DNA from: Gemmatimonadales bacterium
GTDB lineage: Bacteria; Gemmatimonadota; Gemmatimonadetes; Gemmatimonadales; JACORV01
Reading direction: 5' to 3'
NCBI GenBank assembly: GCA_035541085.1
Contig: DATKNX010000076.1
Location: 1 to 35,974, forward strand
Length of the DNA stretch: 35,974 nt
Shown: positions 34,552 to 35,974 of the stretch, piece after piece
Position numbering within the stretch: position 1 is the stretch's first letter
How the letters are laid out: the number at the start of each line of letters is the position of its first letter
Made by a program: the position numbers and the translations under genes
Notes under the pieces: model-generated
What the model saw: only the letters and a program-made list of their open reading frames with translations
Databases searched by the model: none
Told to the model about the DNA's origin: nothing

Positions 34552-35974
34552 GGCGCGCCGGGCGCCCGCTCGCGGCGCTGCTCGTCGCGGCCTGCGCCGG
34601 CCGGGCCGCCGTGCGCCCACCGGCGCCGGAGGTGGCGGCGCTCGCCGCGCAGGTGGACAGCGCGCTCGCGGACCCGGCGTTCGCCCGGGCCGAGTGGGGG
34701 ATCGTCGTCCAGGCCCTCGACGACGGCGAGGTGCTCTACCGTCGCAACGCCGAGCGCCTGTTCCTCCCCGCCTCCAACCTCAAGCTGTTCGTCGCCGCGG
34801 CCGCCCTGACCCGGCTGGGCCCGGATTTCCGGTTCCGGACCGCGGTGCTCGCGCGTGGCTCGCGCCGCGCCGACACCCTGGCCGGCGACCTCGTGGTGGT
34901 TGGCCGGGGCGACCCTGCACTCGCCGTGGACCCCGCGACGGGCGCCGACCCGCTGGCGCCGCTGCGGCCGTGGGTCGACTCCATCCGCGCCCGCGGCATC
35001 CACGTCGTGGCCGGCCGCGTGGTCGGCGACGCGTCGCTGTTCACCGACCCGCCGCTCGGTCCGGGGTGGGCGTGGGACGACCTGGACGCCGACTACGCGG
35101 CCCCGGTCGGCGCGCTCGAGTTGGACGACGGCGTCGCCTGGATCTCGGTCGCGCCCGGCGCCGCGCCCGGCCTCCCGCTGGCCGTCTCGCTCCTGCCCGC
35201 CCGCGCGCCGCTCCGTCTGTTCAGCACGGCGACCACCGTGGCCGCCGATTCCGACGCGCGCGGGCTCGTCTGGAACCGAGCGCCGTTCGGCGACTCGGTC
35301 ACGCTCAGCGGGCGCCTCTCGGTGGGCCGGCCCGCCCTCCGCCTCCCGCTCTCCGTGCCCGACCCGACGCGCTACTTCGTCGCGGGGCTCACCGCGGCGC
35401 TCGCCGATTCCGGCGTCGCCGTCCGCGGCGACACGACGGCGGCCGCCCGCCGGGATACGACGCAGGCCGTCCGGCAGGGCACGATCGCCGCCGATACCAC
35501 CGTGGACACGCTGTTCGTCTGGCAGTCGCCGCCGCTCGACAGCATCCTCGCGTTGTTCCTCAAGCCGAGCCAGAACCTGATCGGCGAGATGCTGCTCCGC
35601 GTGCTCGGCGCCCAGGTCAAGGGCGCGGGCTCGATGGACAGCGGCCGGGCCGTGGTGCGCGACGTGCTGAGCGGCTTCGGCGTGCCGCCGGACGCGTACG
35701 TCCTTGCCGACGGCTCCGGCCTCTCACGCTACAACTACGTCGCTCCCGAGGCGGTGGCGCAGGTCCTCGACGCGATGTACCGGCAGCCCGGCTTCCCGCC
35801 GTTCTTCGCCGCGCTGCCCATCGCGGGCGTGGACGGCACGCTGGCCACGCGCCTGAAGGGCACGCCGGCGGCCGGCAACGTGCACGCCAAGACCGGCTCG
35901 CTCAGCAACGTGCGCTGCCTGTCGGGCTACGTGCGCGACGCCGACGGCGACATGCTGGCGTTCGTGCTGCTCGT
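34548..35974 (+). CDS. dacB: D-alanyl-D-alanine carboxypeptidase/endopeptidase (PBP4, peptidase S13), partial; the C-terminus lies beyond the right window edge
   Basis: Absent from the ORF track because no stop lies in the window; read manually in the frame of 34548. Motifs are SxxK (PASNLK), KPSQN, DGSGLSRYN and KTG (HAKTGSL). The N-terminus RRAGRPLAALLVAAC is a lipoprotein-type signal. The start is inferred as CTG 34548, overlapping the mobB TGA. Confidence 0.8.
   Translation, partial: MRRAGRPLAALLVAACAGRAAVRPPAPEVAALAAQVDSALADPAFARAEWGIVVQALDDGEVLYRRNAERLFLPASNLKLFVAAAALTRLGPDFRFRTAVLARGSRRADTLAGDLVVVGRGDPALAVDPATGADPLAPLRPWVDSIRARGIHVVAGRVVGDASLFTDPPLGPGWAWDDLDADYAAPVGALELDDGVAWISVAPGAAPGLPLAVSLLPARAPLRLFSTATTVAADSDARGLVWNRAPFGDSVTLSGRLSVGRPALRLPLSVPDPTRYFVAGLTAALADSGVAVRGDTTAAARRDTTQAVRQGTIAADTTVDTLFVWQSPPLDSILALFLKPSQNLIGEMLLRVLGAQVKGAGSMDSGRAVVRDVLSGFGVPPDAYVLADGSGLSRYNYVAPEAVAQVLDAMYRQPGFPPFFAALPIAGVDGTLATRLKGTPAAGNVHAKTGSLSNVRCLSGYVRDADGDMLAFVLL

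Overview
Very GC-rich, gene-dense chromosomal segment; third codon positions are almost all G/C. The host is probably a diderm bacterium, since beta-barrel outer-membrane proteins and lipoprotein signals are present. A Gemmatimonadota-like origin is only a guess. I read 37 protein-coding genes, two of them cut by the window edges. I found no rRNA, tRNA, CRISPR array, transposase, integrase or flanking repeats. Content is mostly core metabolism. It includes glmS-glmM behind an HD-GYP-type response regulator, a Cys/Met PLP enzyme, an M48 peptidase, purD, mutM and a Cho-like half-UvrC. A late menaquinone module follows (ubiE/ubiD/ubiA/ubiX-type, futalosine-style order). Next come an ECF sigma four-gene envelope module and a long coupled minus-strand operon (nrnA, nfu, mrp/apbC, TPR-like protein, MATE exporter, SAM hydroxide adenosyltransferase). 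Then an amino-acid permease, guaB, an SH3b-repeat secreted protein, gpmI, and a tungstate/molybdate-cofactor cluster (tupB, tupC, queD, fdhD, mobA, mobB with two small beta-barrel proteins), and finally a PBP4-type carboxypeptidase. Most long entries in the six-frame track are antisense or out-of-frame shadow ORFs typical of high-GC DNA. Real genes were picked by recognisable motifs and by tight 4-nt stop/start overlaps. I see no convincing defence island or mobile element, so this looks like ordinary core genome. Six points are most worth a second look. (1) Gene junctions where the conserved N-terminus has no ATG/GTG/TTG and a CTG overlaps the upstream stop (CTGA). (2) A recurrent promoter-next-to-start-codon geometry suggesting leaderless transcripts. 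(3) Mutually exclusive hairpins in front of nfu-mrp. (4) A uncharacterised ECF sigma/membrane/toast-rack module. (5) A W/Mo cluster lacking a binding-protein gene but flanked by beta-barrels and containing queD. (6) A metallophosphoesterase translationally coupled to ubiX.
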